From positions 15,934,001-15,998,000 of the forward strand of contig JBHGNT010000011.1 in NCBI GenBank assembly GCA_043228905.1: DNA of 64,000 bases. The letters run 5' to 3'. Within the stretch, counting starts at the first letter, position 1; each line of letters begins with the position of its first letter. The translations under genes and the position numbers were made by a program. This document shows, piece by piece, positions 49,600 to 62,830 of the stretch. This DNA is from Azolla caroliniana (Eukaryota; Plantae; Polypodiophyta). The notes under the pieces were generated by a model. It made no database searches and had not been told where the DNA came from. It saw only the letters and a list, made by a program, of their open reading frames with translations.

Positions 49600-50125
49600 T
49601 GCATCGGGCCGAGCGTGTTTGCACTAATCGCACACGCTCAACTCATGGCCTTTTGCATATTGCGATATATATCCCACTCTCTCCTCTCTTGAACTCTTAC
49701 GATAATAATTATTCTTGTGCATTGGGTCGAGCGTGTTTGCTCTAATCGCACACGCTTATCTCATGGCCGTTTTGCATATGATGTTGAGTATACCACTCTT
49801 CCTCTCTATTGAGCCATCACTTGGCCGATTCTAAGGGATGATGTGGCCTTGACGAGGTGTATGTTGCCTACCTATGCCACTCTACTCTCTATTAAGCCAT
49901 CAATTGGCCGATTCTATGGGATGTTGTGGCCTTGACAAGGTATATGTAGCTTACATATGCCACTTTCCTTTTTAATTAGCCATCAATTGGCCGATTCTAA
50001 GGGATGATGTGGCCTTGACGAGGTATATGTCACTTACCTATGCCACTTTCCTCTTTAATTAGCCATTACTTGGCCGATTCTAGGGATATGTGGTGGTCTT
50101 GAGGAGGTGCATGTCAACTACCCTA
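49600..50125 (+). repeat. Tandem repeats in the 5' leader of element E (2 units of about 118 bp, then 4 units of 83 bp)
   Basis: gagcgtgtttgc...cacacgc at 49611 and 49729; gccat...ttggccgattcta at 49813, 49896, 49979 and 50062. Confidence 0.85.
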
Positions 50126-51108
50126 GGGTTTCGTATCTTAGGGCATGTTTGATTCCATACACCTAATTGTTGATTATTCTAATTAAATCTTAATTTCATA
50201 AGTATTGTTTCACTTATATGATTTTCTAGTAATTATTATTTACCCGCCCACAATTAACTCTCCTTTTTCCACTTCCTTTTCATGTATAAAGTATTTACAT
50301 GTTTTATTTTTAATGTAACCTTTACGTGTAGACTATTTTTTTCGTATGGAGTGGCTTGTTGAACGATTTTTTTTCAACGGGTCATCTAGGTTTAACTCTT
50401 ATCATCAAGCCTTAGAAAACGAGTAAAACCATATGAGTTCCCTTATTGATGTTTTACTCATGGATTTGAGTATTACATCTTTGCGCACAACACCGTCATC
50501 ACTTGTATCAATTTGTGGCTTATGTCACAATTGTGCAAGTTATAACAATCATATTGGGATGTATATGTGCATACCTTGCACTTCCCATTTATTTGTGACA
50601 TTGTTTTTTTCGTAGGTAACACATGGGTTCTTTTTTTTTTACCCTTGTTTTCATCACTACTTAACTCTTATGAGTAGTGCCTTATTTTATCATTTTATCA
50701 TCACGTTTGCTTATTGCTCGCAAGACTAGAATATTACTTGTGAGTGCACTTGTTTTTTCACGTAATACACTTTCTCGACCATATAATACATGATGGGTTG
50801 GCATTAATATAAGGCTATCTAGGAAATTTCATTGATGTAAGAACCATGGTTGAGCCTCGGGGAGCCGCCATGATTACTCAAGATAGAGATCCGAGAAATA
50901 CATCTTAGCTATGTTTTCCCCCATGGTTTTTAAAACACCATAGTGTTACCATAGTTATCGGATCTCGAATCACATCTCATATGTCTAGAGGGGTAAAGAC
51001 ATGAGATACTTTCTTGGATAAAGTTCTTTCAATCAAAATTTCAAGCATTCATTTTGCTTGTGTATTTTCTGAACCTCCTTATTTTATTGCATACCCACAA
51101 CGTGCATC

Positions 51109-54100
51109 ATGGAACAAGTTTTGAACGCGGTTGGAACGATCTCTCCAAATGAGACCTCTCAACCCCAATCCGCATCTCGCACACAAGCTGAGATCACTAT
51201 TGAGCAATTGCTCACTACTACCTTGAATCAATTGGCCGAAATGAGAAAGGCCAATATGGCATTGGAAAAGAAATTCCAAGAATTAACTATTGAGTCCAAG
51301 AAAGAAGGTGAACCTTCCTTCGTAGTCACGCCTTTCAAGGGAGATAAGAAAGAAAGAACCGAGGAGGCTATTAGCACTTGGCTTGGTCGTTGGGAGTCTC
51401 ACTTTGAGCTTCATCCCAAGCCCGATGCAATAAAAATTGGTTATGTCGGTCGTGAGTTAGGTGGCCGAGCTGCTGCTTGGTGGCGTGGCCTAAGGACCGC
51501 AAAAAACTTACCCACAACTTGGGAAGGTTTCGTTGATGTTTTTAAGAAACAATTCTTGCAGCCACCTTCTCAAACCGAACAAGCGCAACACTTGCTCACA
51601 TTGTCTAGTAAGCCATTTACCTCTCTCGAGGATTATGTGCATCACGCACGGACCCAGATCCAAAAATCGGGACTTACGGGTGAGAAATGGTTTGTCGCTT
51701 GTTTTTTGAATGGTATTCCCAATGGGGATTATCATTGGATTGTCCATGACAAGGACCCCACAACTTTCGAGGAAGCCGTCAACATTGTGCTGCGATACCA
51801 TAGGACTTCCAAGAAAGACCACAATAAACCTGAGTTCGCCAAAACTCCGAATGTCAAGTTCATTGGGAAACGTAAGCAATCCAGTGACACTCTTGACCGC
51901 GACTCAAAGAAACCGAACCTCTTCTGTGCATATTGCAAGAAGCGGGGCCACACAAAGGATACCTGTCGTCGTCTTGAGAGGAAGTCAATGAACACCCCTC
52001 CTCAAGACAAATCTACGAGTCACACAGGTGAGTCTTTTGATATTGTTGAAGTTCATACCAATCACTTAAGTTTATGTGAATGCACTTTTCCTTCACATTT
52101 ACTTGGACCTAATGATTTACTCCGAGCAGTCGGATATATCAATGGAACACAAGCACATTTCTTGTTTGATTCCGGTAGTTCTCACAATTTTCTTAATGAT
52201 CACTTTGTGCAGCAAATGGAGCTCCACATAAACGCAAGTGATCATATCTATCAAGTTCACATGGCAAATGGAAACGTTCAATACATCAGTGGCATTGTTT
52301 GTCAACTGCCAATTCAAATAGATACTTATTTGGAGAAGCTTGACTTTCATGTTATGAAATTACAATCCGCAGATGTCATTTTAGGATATCCTTGGTTTTT
52401 TAATAAAAACCCTTCTTTGTCCATTGATTGGGTTAATCACTCAATCACATTTGAACTTAATAATTGTAAACATTTTATTCAATGTTCCAAACTTCCTTCT
52501 CATTCACTTGTGTCTTCTAAATCTTTAAGTGAGTATTCTAGTTCATTAATTTATTCGTGTGTAATTGATCCTGCGGTTCAATTTTATTATTTTAATATTG
52601 ACGCCACACAATTACCACATTTTGAGCAACGATTACTCGACTCTATTTTAGAGGATTTTCAAGATGTGTTTCCTACTGAATTACCGCTTACTTTACCACC
52701 TAAACGTAATGTGGACCATCAAATTGAACTCATCCCTAGGGCTGCTCCTGTGAGCATTCCACCTTACCGACTTAGTCGATTAGAAGAGGATGAGATCGCT
52801 AAACAACTTAAGGAATACTTGAGTATGGGCCACATTAGGTATAGTAAATCACCTTGGGGTGCGCCAGTTCTATTAGTCAAGAAGAAGGAAGGTTCGTGGC
52901 GAATGTGTATCAATTATCGCCGTTTGAATAAAATGACAATTAAGAATGCATATCCATTACCTCGTGCCGATGATTTGATTGATCGTTTGCACGGGGCTCG
53001 ATATTTTACGAAAATTGACTTACGAACTGGTTATCATCAGATTCGCATCGCCGAGGATGATATTCCTAAAACCGCTTTTCGTACGCGCTATGGCCATTAT
53101 GAGTTTTTAGTCATGCCGTTTGGGTTGACTAATGCTCCAGCCACATTCCAACAAGCGATGAATGATGTTTTCCGAGATCAACTCGGTGATTTTGTTGTCG
53201 TCTTCTTGGATGATATTTTGATATATAGCCGTACCTTGCAAGATCATGTTCAACATGTTCGATTTGTTTTGCGAAAGTTGTGTGACAACTCTTTCTATGC
53301 AAAACATTCAAAATGTGACTTCTTCCAAAAATCTATTGTGTACCTAGGTCATTTAATTACAGAAAATGGCATTGAAATTGAACTTTCTCGTATTGAAAAG
53401 GTTAAACTTTGGCCCATTCCTCGTAATATTCGTGAACTTAGATCATTCTTAGGGTTTGTTGGATTTTTACGAAAATCAATTCGTAACTATTCCAAATTGA
53501 CTACGCCATTAACTGACCTTTTAAAAGGTCATCCACGTAAGTCTGTCAAACCAATTTCATGGAATGAACAACTTGACAAATCATTTGAGACACTCAAGTA
53601 GCATGTGTGTCAGGCTCCCACTCTTCTATTACCAGACCCTTCTAAGCCTTTCTCAATTGAAACCGATGCTAGTGATTATGCTATTGGTGCAGTTCTTTAT
53701 CAAGGTGGTCACCCTATTGCTTTTGAAAGTAAGAAGCTTGATGCTGCTCAATCTCGGTATTCGGTTCAAGAGAAAGAGTTGTTTGCAGTGATACATGCAC
53801 TTAAAACATGGAGGCACTATCTCTATGGAAATAAATTTGTGGTTACAACAGACCATCAATCATTAAAGTATTTTTGTGACCAGCCCGATCTTGTTGGTCG
53901 TAAAGGCCGTTGGGCTGACCTTATGCAAGATTTTGATTTTTCCATACGCTATCGCAAGGGTTCTATGAACACCGTTGCTGATGCTCTTAGTCGCATTAAA
54001 GAAGTTAACATGCTTAGCTTCACGGAAATAAAATCTGATCTTTTAGATCACCTTCGAGGGAAATACCTTGATGACAGTTATTTCTCAAAATACTGGACGA

Positions 54101-55512
54101 AAGCCGAATCTGGTTTAGATGCCGATACTAGCACCCTACCCTCGAAGGCGACCTTTCACATTACAAACGGTTTGCTCTACCGTAGTGGAAAGGTCTGTGT
54201 TCCAGATTTACCAAATGTTAAACAGAAATTTTTTCATGAATGTCATGATGCACCATTTGCTGGTCATCCTGGAATACAACGCACACTCGTTCTCATCTCG
54301 TGTACTTTTTTCTGGCCTAAGATGCGCTCTGACGTGCATAAATACGTAACTCAATGCTTACAATGTCAGATTAATAAGTCGGAACGACTTAAAGCTGTTG
54401 GTCTTTTACATCCCTTAGATATTCCCAACAATAAATGGGAAAGTATCTCGATGGATTTTATTGTTAGTTTACCTCGTACACAGAGGGGTCATGATGCCAT
54501 ATGGGTTGTCGTTGACAGGCTAACAAAATTAGCTAGATTTATTCCTACAAAAACCACGGTAACCGCTCAACAGTTGGCTTATCAATTTGTTGATGAGTTA
54601 TTTCGTTTTTATGGATTACCGATGGATATTGTTAGTGATCGAGATTCCAAGTTTACTAGTGACTTTTGGACTCAGGTCTTTAAGAAACTAGAAACTACGT
54701 TGAGCATGAGTTCCGCAGATCATCCTCAGTCTGATGGACAAACTGAACGAGTTAATCAAATTATTGAGGACATGCTTCGAGCTTATGTAGCAAAAACCCC
54801 TTCTAAGTGGGAGCAATACCTTCCTATCTTAGAATTTGCCTATAATAGCTCTAAACATACATCTACTGGATATAGTCCTTTTATGTTGATGTATGATTTT
54901 CAGCCACGTGCCCCAGTTGATGTCACGATTCATCGTGATACATTAGACAGTACACGCAATTTTTTGCAAGACATGAACCAAATGTTGCATATTGCCAAAG
55001 AAAATGTCAAGACAGCTCAAGATCGTGCTCAATTTTATGCTGATCAGGATAGACGTCCTCGTGCATTTACTATTGGTCAAAAAGTTTTTTTGCGTGTCCC
55101 GACTGATTCTACGTCATTATCTACGGGCAAGTGCGCTAAGTTAGCCCCACGATATTGTGGCCCATTTGAAATCCTTAAGCGAGTTGGGTCATCTGCTTAT
55201 CACCTTGCCTTACCTCGTAACGTTGGTATTCATCTTGTTTTTCACGTCAGTCGTCTAAAACCATTTTTAGGCTCTGGTGATAACACCATCACAATCCAAG
55301 ATCTTGTAACATTAGAGGATTTTTCTTACAAACCTCATGTTCCTGAACGAATTCTTGATTCTCGTACTAAACGTTTACGTTCTAAAGAGATTCGGCTATT
55401 CAAGATCAAATGGATGGATAAACCTATTGATGATGCCACATGGGAACGCGAGCATTCGCTTAAGGCACAATTTCCTCACTTTATATTGCAAGAGTGCAAT
55501 CTTTTGAAGTAG
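51109..55512 (+). CDS. Gag-Pol polyprotein of chromovirus E, with a single in-frame TAG at 53599-53601
   Basis: CAYCKKRGHTKDTC, LFDSGSSHNF, FLDDIL, ETDASD, integrase HHCC/DDE, GPF motif and a C-terminal chromodomain (PERILDSR...KW...ATWE), all in one frame. Confidence 0.9.
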
Positions 55513-57349
55513 GGGAGTATGTTATGTACACATAACGTTGGTGAGGGTAGGTCACTAATATTTACATTAGTGAAGGGTATGTTCACTATTATTAAAAAGG
55601 GGACTAATGATTGGATAGAATGAATGATATGTGCATGCACTATCATGATTTAGACAACCAATGAATAGAGAGCCTTTTAGAAAGCCACATCTATTCAAGG
55701 GGCCTAGGAAAAGGTATAAATATGAGGCTTAGCTACCCTCATAGGGATCATCACGTCGGAAGGCTGCTGTCGTAGACACCGGTGGTGCGGGCTAGGCTTT
55801 CGTCTCGACGATCGTGTTTATCTCTTCCAAGGTATTAGTCATCCTAATATCCGGCAGTATGGGACGTCGGTGGTAGGTTGGCTATGTCTAGATCATAGCT
55901 CGGGGGTGGTCGGGTGGAACGGGTTCTTCTATCCAATCTATTTTCTTCCTTTTTACTTGATTTGGTCTATTGATTAGTAATAGACTCTTAACAGTTGACA
56001 CAGGCGGTAAAGGATCTCCAGATCGCCCAGGCTCGGAGGGAAGACGGTGATCAGGCTCGTGACCGACGGCCTCCGGCAGGAAATAGGTGCATGTGGTGCG
56101 ACGAGGTCGGCCACATCCAGAAAGACTGTGGGGAGTTTGCGGAGGCTTTGAGAAGCCGGATAGTGTACCTGTGGGAAGGTCGGGTGCACGCCAGCGATAC
56201 CCGGAGGGCCCTGAACCGAAACGACGGGCGAGGAGGAATGAAAAGGCTAATGGAAGAGGCGGTGGCCCGACACGCGGAGACCGTCCACTACTCAACGTCA
56301 GCTAGTATTCGGGTCGGAGGCAGCGAGGCCCGGAAGGAAAACAAAGCCGGGTTCTGGCCGACGGTGCTGGAAGGCCTCGCCGGTGCCCGACTAAAGAAAG
56401 ACGAGGTGGACCGCACGGAGAGGCGGGTCTAGGAGGTAACCGGGTGGAGTGACCCGATCGAAGAAAAGACGGGTTTCGTCGAAGCAACTTGCCAGAACTA
56501 CGAGGCTCTGGTTGAAGACAAACGGGTAGGTAAAACCGGAGGGGCCGGACCCTCATAGAGATACGAAACCTGATTCAGGTCGAAACAGAATGAGGCCGGT
56601 GAGACCAGTGCCCGGGATAACCACAAGAAGGGCGGATACCGGTTGGGCACGGAGATCGAAAGGACCACGGACCTACGAAAGGTCCTGGAAGAACGAATCC
56701 TCGACAGCAAGGTGGAACTGTCGTTGCGGGAGGTGCTCAGAATCGCCAAGAAGGAGTTCCACGACTCCATCGTAGACTTGGTGAAGCGGAAGAGGCTGTC
56801 GACAGAGACAGAGCTGGAAAGGCCGGTGGAGGTGCGGACGACGCACATAGAGGACATGGCGCTGGAAGACGAGTGGGCGGAGAGCCACTACTCGAGGCCA
56901 CACTGGGCCCGAGCGACCACGGAAACCCCGGTGAAGATCGGAGATGTTCAGGAACCGGTGGTGGCGTTGGTGGACCACGGTTCGGAAATAAACCTGATGT
57001 CCATGGATTTCTACAAGAAGGGGAAATGGCCGATCAACACCAAGCACGGGTGGAAGATACGGGCGGCGACGCGCGCCACCGAGGAACTACACGGGGCCTG
57101 CCCAAACGTGTGAGTCAAGATCGGCGACGTCGAGATAGATCAGCACTTCTTTGTGCAGGAGACGTCCTCGCACCCAGTCATACTGGGAGAACCGTACATT
57201 ACGGCAGCGCGGATGGAGACCAAGGTACTGGACAACGGGTTGGCTTACGCGAGGGTCAAGAGTCAGGACGAGCGTCATTCGGTCCAGTTCCTGACGGTGC
57301 GACCGAACCACGAGCGAAACCGTGAGTCCCTCGGTGGTGAGAACCGAGA

Positions 57350-60300
57350 GGATTTTTAGAGAGGGCTATCAAGGCGTGGGGCCGCGACAGTCCGGACACT
57401 CTGGGAAAACCCCACAAATGTACGATAGAGGCGAAACCGAAGAAACCTTGTACCATAAGTAGGAAGTTTTGTTTCTCCGACAATGGAGGGTGTACGATAG
57501 TTGGCGTCGTTGGCCGAGAAAAGACAAGGGCGGAGGAGCGACTTCGGGCGTGCGGAGTTCTCGGGCCCAACGAGGAAATAAACGGAGCCGTGGAGGCGGT
57601 CTCCTTCGACGATACCTTGGGAATACTGCGAGAGGTGGTCGGAGAGGGCCTTAAAGAGGACCGGATGATACCGGTTTGTTCAGAAGAGATGCACGAAGTC
57701 ATCGCGGAGTTCAGTCGAGGGCTCGAGTCGGATCGGACGGCACAGGTTAACATGAAGTACAAGACTGTGGACCGGAAGGTAAGGCCAGTCGCGGCACCCT
57801 TACCGGAGGGCAGCGAGTTGCGAATCAAGGGGGTCGCGTCGGACCCTAGTTTACGAGATCCGGCCTGCATAGGACACGCCTTCACCGACAGAACGCTACG
57901 GGAGCTCAAAATCGGTGGGGGCGGGTTCCTACTACCAGCGGAAGAAGACCGGTTTCGAAGAATGCTCGGAAGGTACGGGAAAGCCTTCGCATTCTCACCG
58001 GGAGAGATCGGGTGCATAGACCCGACAGTCGTAAAGCCGATGGTGATATTCACGGTACCGCATGTGCCATGGAATCTCAAACCAATTCCGGTACCGAGAG
58101 CTCACATCCCGGAGCTGATGGAGCTGTTGAGGCAGAAAGTCGATATGGGCATCCTCGAACCGTCAAGTGCCCCGTACTCGAACCGGTGGTTTACCGTACC
58201 GAAGAAGAACGGGACGTTGCGCTTCATTCAAGACCTGCAACCGGTCAACAGAGTGACCATTCGGAACGCAGGAATCGGACCAACGATAGACGAGTTCGTG
58301 GAGGCCTTCGTCGGAAGGTCGATCTACTCGATCGGTGATCTGTACTCGGGGTACGATCAGTTCCAACTAGCCGTAGAGAGCAGAGACATTACGACGATGT
58401 GGACTCCTCTCGGCCTAGTGCGGATGTGTACCCTGCCACAAGGAGGGACGAACTCAGTGGCCCACATGGTGAATGCGATGAACAACGTGCTGAGGGATTG
58501 TATCCCGGACATCACCATGCCATTCTTGGACGATATCCCGATCAAGGGATGTCCGGTGGAAGACAAGGACGAAACGATCGGACCGGACGGATGCCGGAAA
58601 TTCGTGGCGACACACATTGACGACTGCGAGAGGGTGCTGCAGAGGCTAGAGGACGTGAGGCTCACCTTCTCCGGGGAGAAATCGTCCTTCGGGCAATCAG
58701 AGATCATGGTCGTCGGACATCTATGCGAACCGTATGGCCGGAAACCGTTTCCGACTAAGGTGGAAGCCATCTCCGCAATGAAGCCTGACTCTAACTCGGT
58801 CACGGAGGTACGGAGATTCTTGGGAGCATGCGCGTTCTACCACATATGGATCCCACACTACACCCACGTTGCCGAGCCGCTATACGGGTTGCTGAAAAAG
58901 GGGCGAAAATTCGAGTGGCGAGTCGAGCATACGGAGTCGGTCCGAAAGATGAAGGAGGCTCTTGCTGCAGCTCTGACACTCTGGAAGGCTGTCTACGAGA
59001 AAGGCACTCCCATCTACATAACGGTAGATACAAGTCCGACCGGGATCGGATGGGTCGTCAACCAAGAAGATGAGGAGGGTATTCGGTTCCCAATCCGGTT
59101 CGGCGCGAAGGTCCTCAGCGAGCGACAGCGAGGATACGCCCAGGTTAAACGCGAACTCTGGGGTATCGTTTCGGCGGTAAAGGCCGATAAAGACTATCTG
59201 ATCGGGACAGAGGTGACTATCGAGACGGACTGCCTGCCGATTCTCGGCATGGTTTCCGGATGCGTAACCCCGGACCTGGCAATGCTCAGGTGGATAGTGT
59301 ACATCAAGTCCCTGGATCCGGAAATACGACACATTTCTAGGAAAGACAATGCCATGGCCGACATGCTTTCGAGGGCACGATTCGACGACGAGGGCGGCAT
59401 GGTTTCGGAGGACGAGGAAGTCGGTGTGGACTTCTTCGAGGCGGCTTACGTAACAACCGAGGGGGGGAGCACTCCAGCGCTTAACGATTTTAACGAGAGC
59501 AAGTACGATGGGGAGTGGCTGCAGATTGGAGGATTCTTAAGGACGATGACGTCGGACGCGTCATGGACAAAGGATGAGGCCAACCGGATCCGGAAGAAAG
59601 CGTACCGATTCTTTCTCCGGGACGGATACTTGTGGAAGCACCCGAAGAAGAGAAACAGCATCCCGCTCCGAGTAGTGGCGATGAAGGAGGAACAGGAGGA
59701 GTTGCTGAAGGCCTACCACGACAGCCCCTGGGCTGGACACCGTGGAACGTGGGCCACGTTCGAGAAACTAAAGGGGAAGTACTGGTGGTCGGGACTGTAC
59801 CGGGACGTACATCGGTTCGTGACGACTTGTGAGAGCTGTCAGATACACTCCATAGTCCGACATCGGGACGAGCTTCACCCTACATACCCTCCGGCCATCC
59901 ACTTCAAATGGATGGTAGATTTGGTGACGATGCCGATGGGCGTAGGGTAGATGTGATATCTGGTGTTGGCCCAGGAGGACCTGACGAACCAGGTGGAAGG
60001 CCGAGCCCTACAAAACAAAACGACCGCGGCAGTGTGTTGGTTCCTGATCGAGGATGTGATATGCCGGTACGAGTGCGTAGGGAAGATCGTGGTTGACCGC
60101 GGGGAGTTGGACGCCGAAGAGGCCGAGGAGCTGTTCGACCGGTTAGGGGTCAAGCTCTCGCTCACCACATCGTACAATCCGGAGGCGAACGGGAAGGTGG
60201 AGCGCGGACACGGACCGATCGTCAAAGCGCTAGTCCGGGTATGCGGAGGCCAGGTCGGGAACTGACCACGACTGTTACCTTATGCCTTGTGGGCAGACCG

Positions 60301-60910
60301 GACAACGCACAGTTCGGTAATCGGGTTCATGCCGTCAAAGCTCATGTTCGAACAGAAGCCGATCATGCCGATGGAACGGATGATCTCCTCTTGGGCGACA
60401 GTGGACTGGAGAGACGAGATGAGCCGGGAAGAACTGCTAGCGGCGCGTATACGGCAGCTCGAGCGGAGGCCAGGGGACGTGGAACAAGCGATGGAGAGAC
60501 TTCGGACGGCGAGAATGAGGAACAAAGCCCGGTTCGACCGAACGCACCGGCTCCGACCAAAGAAAATCGAGGAAGGCGACTGGGTGCTAGTCTACGACAG
60601 CAGCCTCGACAACCAGCACCGAGCAACACGGAAGTTTGCAAAGCGGTGGTTCGGGCCTTACATGGTAACGAGCACCAACGACAACGGGACGTATCACCTG
60701 GCGGAACTCGACGGTACGAGGATAGCGATACCGGTATCAAGGAAGCGGATCAAAGCGTTCAAGAAGCGCCACGACGGCAAACCGGATCTAAGAGGCTTGG
60801 ACAGCGACGACGAACAGTCTGAAATGGAGGACGAACCGATGGACGAAGAACTGGAACTCGGACCGGTTTTCTCCAACCAGAGCGCAATTTTGGCGCATAC
60901 CGGTGGATGA
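57350..60910 (+). pseudogene. pol (RT, RNase H, integrase) of element D
   Basis: ORFs 57590-59950, 59963-60265 and 60287-60910 lie in one frame separated by stops. Confidence 0.9.
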
Positions 60911-62185
60911 GCGGTTAGGTGGGGGTGGATGTCATGAAGCAAACCATCCCTTAGCGCAATCGGTGCATAGAGCGCGTGAACCGGCTCTTCACGCGTGCGC
61001 GCCCTTTAATGTAAATAATAGGGAATTAGGTACATAGGGATATCCTAGGTAGTTAGATTCGGTAGGTAGGAAGTAAATGAGGGAGACGGCTCCCTTCTTG
61101 AAGCTATAAAGGAGAGGGAGACGCGGGGAGAAGGGATCGCGCATTGAGGAGGACGAAGTGCTGTCGGACCGTAACCGAACGCTTCTCTGCAGGTTTTCGG
61201 GAGGCTCGCGCTGCTTCGAGGAACGCCCGTGTGCTTCTGGCAGCACCTCCATCCTATCCCCTTTTGTGCGCAGACGAGCAGGCATCAGCATCTGTTCGCC
61301 TGCCTGTTCGGTTGTAACCGCTCACGTGCTCTGTTGTTTATTTGTTATTCGTTAATACACAAACTTTCGTGTCTCTCGGTCTCTGTGTCCATTCATGTCT
61401 TCTGCGTTGACGGGTCGTGTCCCTGTGTTCCTTTGCTCATACGCAACCGGGCGTCTCTCTCTTTCTCTTTCCCCTTCTATCACCTGCTCTTCAGTTCAAG
61501 ACCCCAGTGGTCCCGCCTCGTTTCTCCACGCACGCGCATAGCAACGCGACAACGTGTGTGCATGTGGACGGATACGAGGAGGTGTGAGTGAGTGATTGGT
61601 GTGAATGTCCGAGGGGGCTTGCACCCGTGTGTATCTACTCTTTTGTAACTATTTAACCCCTTATGGGGAATGAATGAAGAATGAAGGAATAGTTCTCTCT
61701 CTCTCTCTCTCTCTCTCTTGTCATCTCTCTTTCTCTCTATCTTCCCTTACGTTGAAACCCCTTGGGAGGGGGGTGGAGCCATTCTAGGCACCACCCCCCA
61801 CCCATCAATGCTTGTCAACATCTTCATGTTCTCTCTCACCATCATACCATTAATCATCTCCACTATTAATCCATGTCTATCTTCATCATCAATCATCATC
61901 ATTATCATAAATATTAACCCTAAAACGTACAATACCTTTTGGCGACCACAAAGCCGACCCCCCTTTGAAGATGAAGTCGAAGACTAATAAATTACAAAGC
62001 CAAGACAACAATAAATGTCCAAGAAATCAAATTGACGCATGATGACGGTTGGCCGACAAAGACGACAACAGAACCGGATGAGGAGCGGTGCCAAAGCGGC
62101 GATCAGACAACAGAATGGACAAAAGGAGAGACAGTTGGACAATGTATAAAATGAGTGGAGATGCACGGTACCAAAATAACACAAT

Positions 62186-62258
62186 TGGAGATGCGGGGTA
62201 TCGATCCCCGTACCTCTCGCATGCTAAGCGAGCGCTCTACCATCTGAGCCACATCCCC
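62186..62258 (-). tRNA. trnA-AGC: tRNA-Ala(AGC)
   Basis: GGGGATGTGGCTCAGATGGTAGAGCGCTCGCTTAGCATGCGAGAGGTACGGGGATCGATACCCCGCATCTCCA: full cloverleaf, G3:U70, the ATCG T-loop typical of eukaryotic tRNA-Ala, and TTTT about 10 nt downstream. Confidence 0.95.
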
Positions 62259-62462
62259 TCTGAAACTTGAAACTCGAAACTTCCAACTTCCAAATACTAT
62301 CCACCCTCCCATTTGGGTACAATGCCTTTCTCTAAAATCTAACAAAATACAAAAGTGTCATCACATCTATTTGACTTCAAGTACGTAGTCGCGATACTCC
62401 TCTTTAATGATGGTGACTTTATCCTAAGAGAGTGGAGACGCATGGTATTCGCATAAAAGAAT

Positions 62463-62830
62463 CGGAGATTCGGGGCTTCGATCCCCTATACCTCTCACCT
62501 AGGGAGAGTCGTAAAGTCATAAACGGACTAATGTATTGTGATGTTACATGTTAGACATGCAAGGTAGTGGTTACGAAACCGGAGTTGCGGGGTGTCGATA
62601 CCCGTTCCTCTCGAGTGCAAAGCGAGGGATCTACAGTTTCAGTTACAACACGATTGGAGACGTGTGGTGTAAATCCCCATACCAACTCATTTATTGCTTG
62701 CAAATACCTTCAGGCTCTCGAATCGTGCTGTCATAAACAAATATGTGGATAGTCTCTCATGCAAAGCGAGGGCTCTACCATTTGAGCGACAACACAATCG
62801 GAGATGATGTGTGGTGTAAATCCCCATACC
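62463..62830 (-). pseudogene. Cluster of degenerate tRNA-Ala copies (62463-62501 partial, 62580-62651, 62655-62795 interrupted, 62799 onward partial)
   Basis: Recognisable blocks ggagatgcggggtatcgatcccc and gcaaagcgag(c/g)gctctaccatttgagc with many mismatches; the cluster recurs at +1105. Confidence 0.7.

Larger units (their letters stand above)
48880..55993 (+). mobile_element. Young chromovirus (Ty3/gypsy with chromodomain), element E, inserted in the gag of D
   Basis: 474-bp LTRs at 48880-49353 and 55520-55993 differing at 3 positions by eye; TSD GTTGA; tRNA-iMet PBS 49355-49366; PPT AAGTAGGGGAG. Confidence 0.96.
46779..61551 (+). mobile_element. Ty3/gypsy element D (same clade as C)
   Basis: LTRs 46779-48070 (interrupted) and 60930-61551, TSD ACGT, tRNA-Trp PBS 48075-48092, PPT AGGTGGGGGTGGA. 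Gag-pro 48115-57359 is split by element E; pol runs from about 57350 to 60910. Confidence 0.93.
46656..62137 (+). mobile_element. Truncated LTR element F: LTR split by element D, PBS and short internal remnant
   Basis: Starts TGTTAC at 46656, resumes at 61556 and ends near 61931 (GTACA). It is followed by TGGCGACCACA at 61940-61950, a tRNA-Arg(UCG)-type PBS. Confidence 0.55.

Noticed and set aside
23287-61591. Many antisense or overlapping ORFs of 100-270 aa in the ORF track (e.g. 23902-24672, 48269-49006, 57256-58080)
   Set aside because: They are shadow frames of GC-rich retroelement sequence or LTRs with no recognisable motifs.
62071-62085. 15-nt identity (gaaccggatgaggag) with the minisatellite at 42.2 kb
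   Set aside because: There is no flanking similarity, so it cannot be distinguished from chance.
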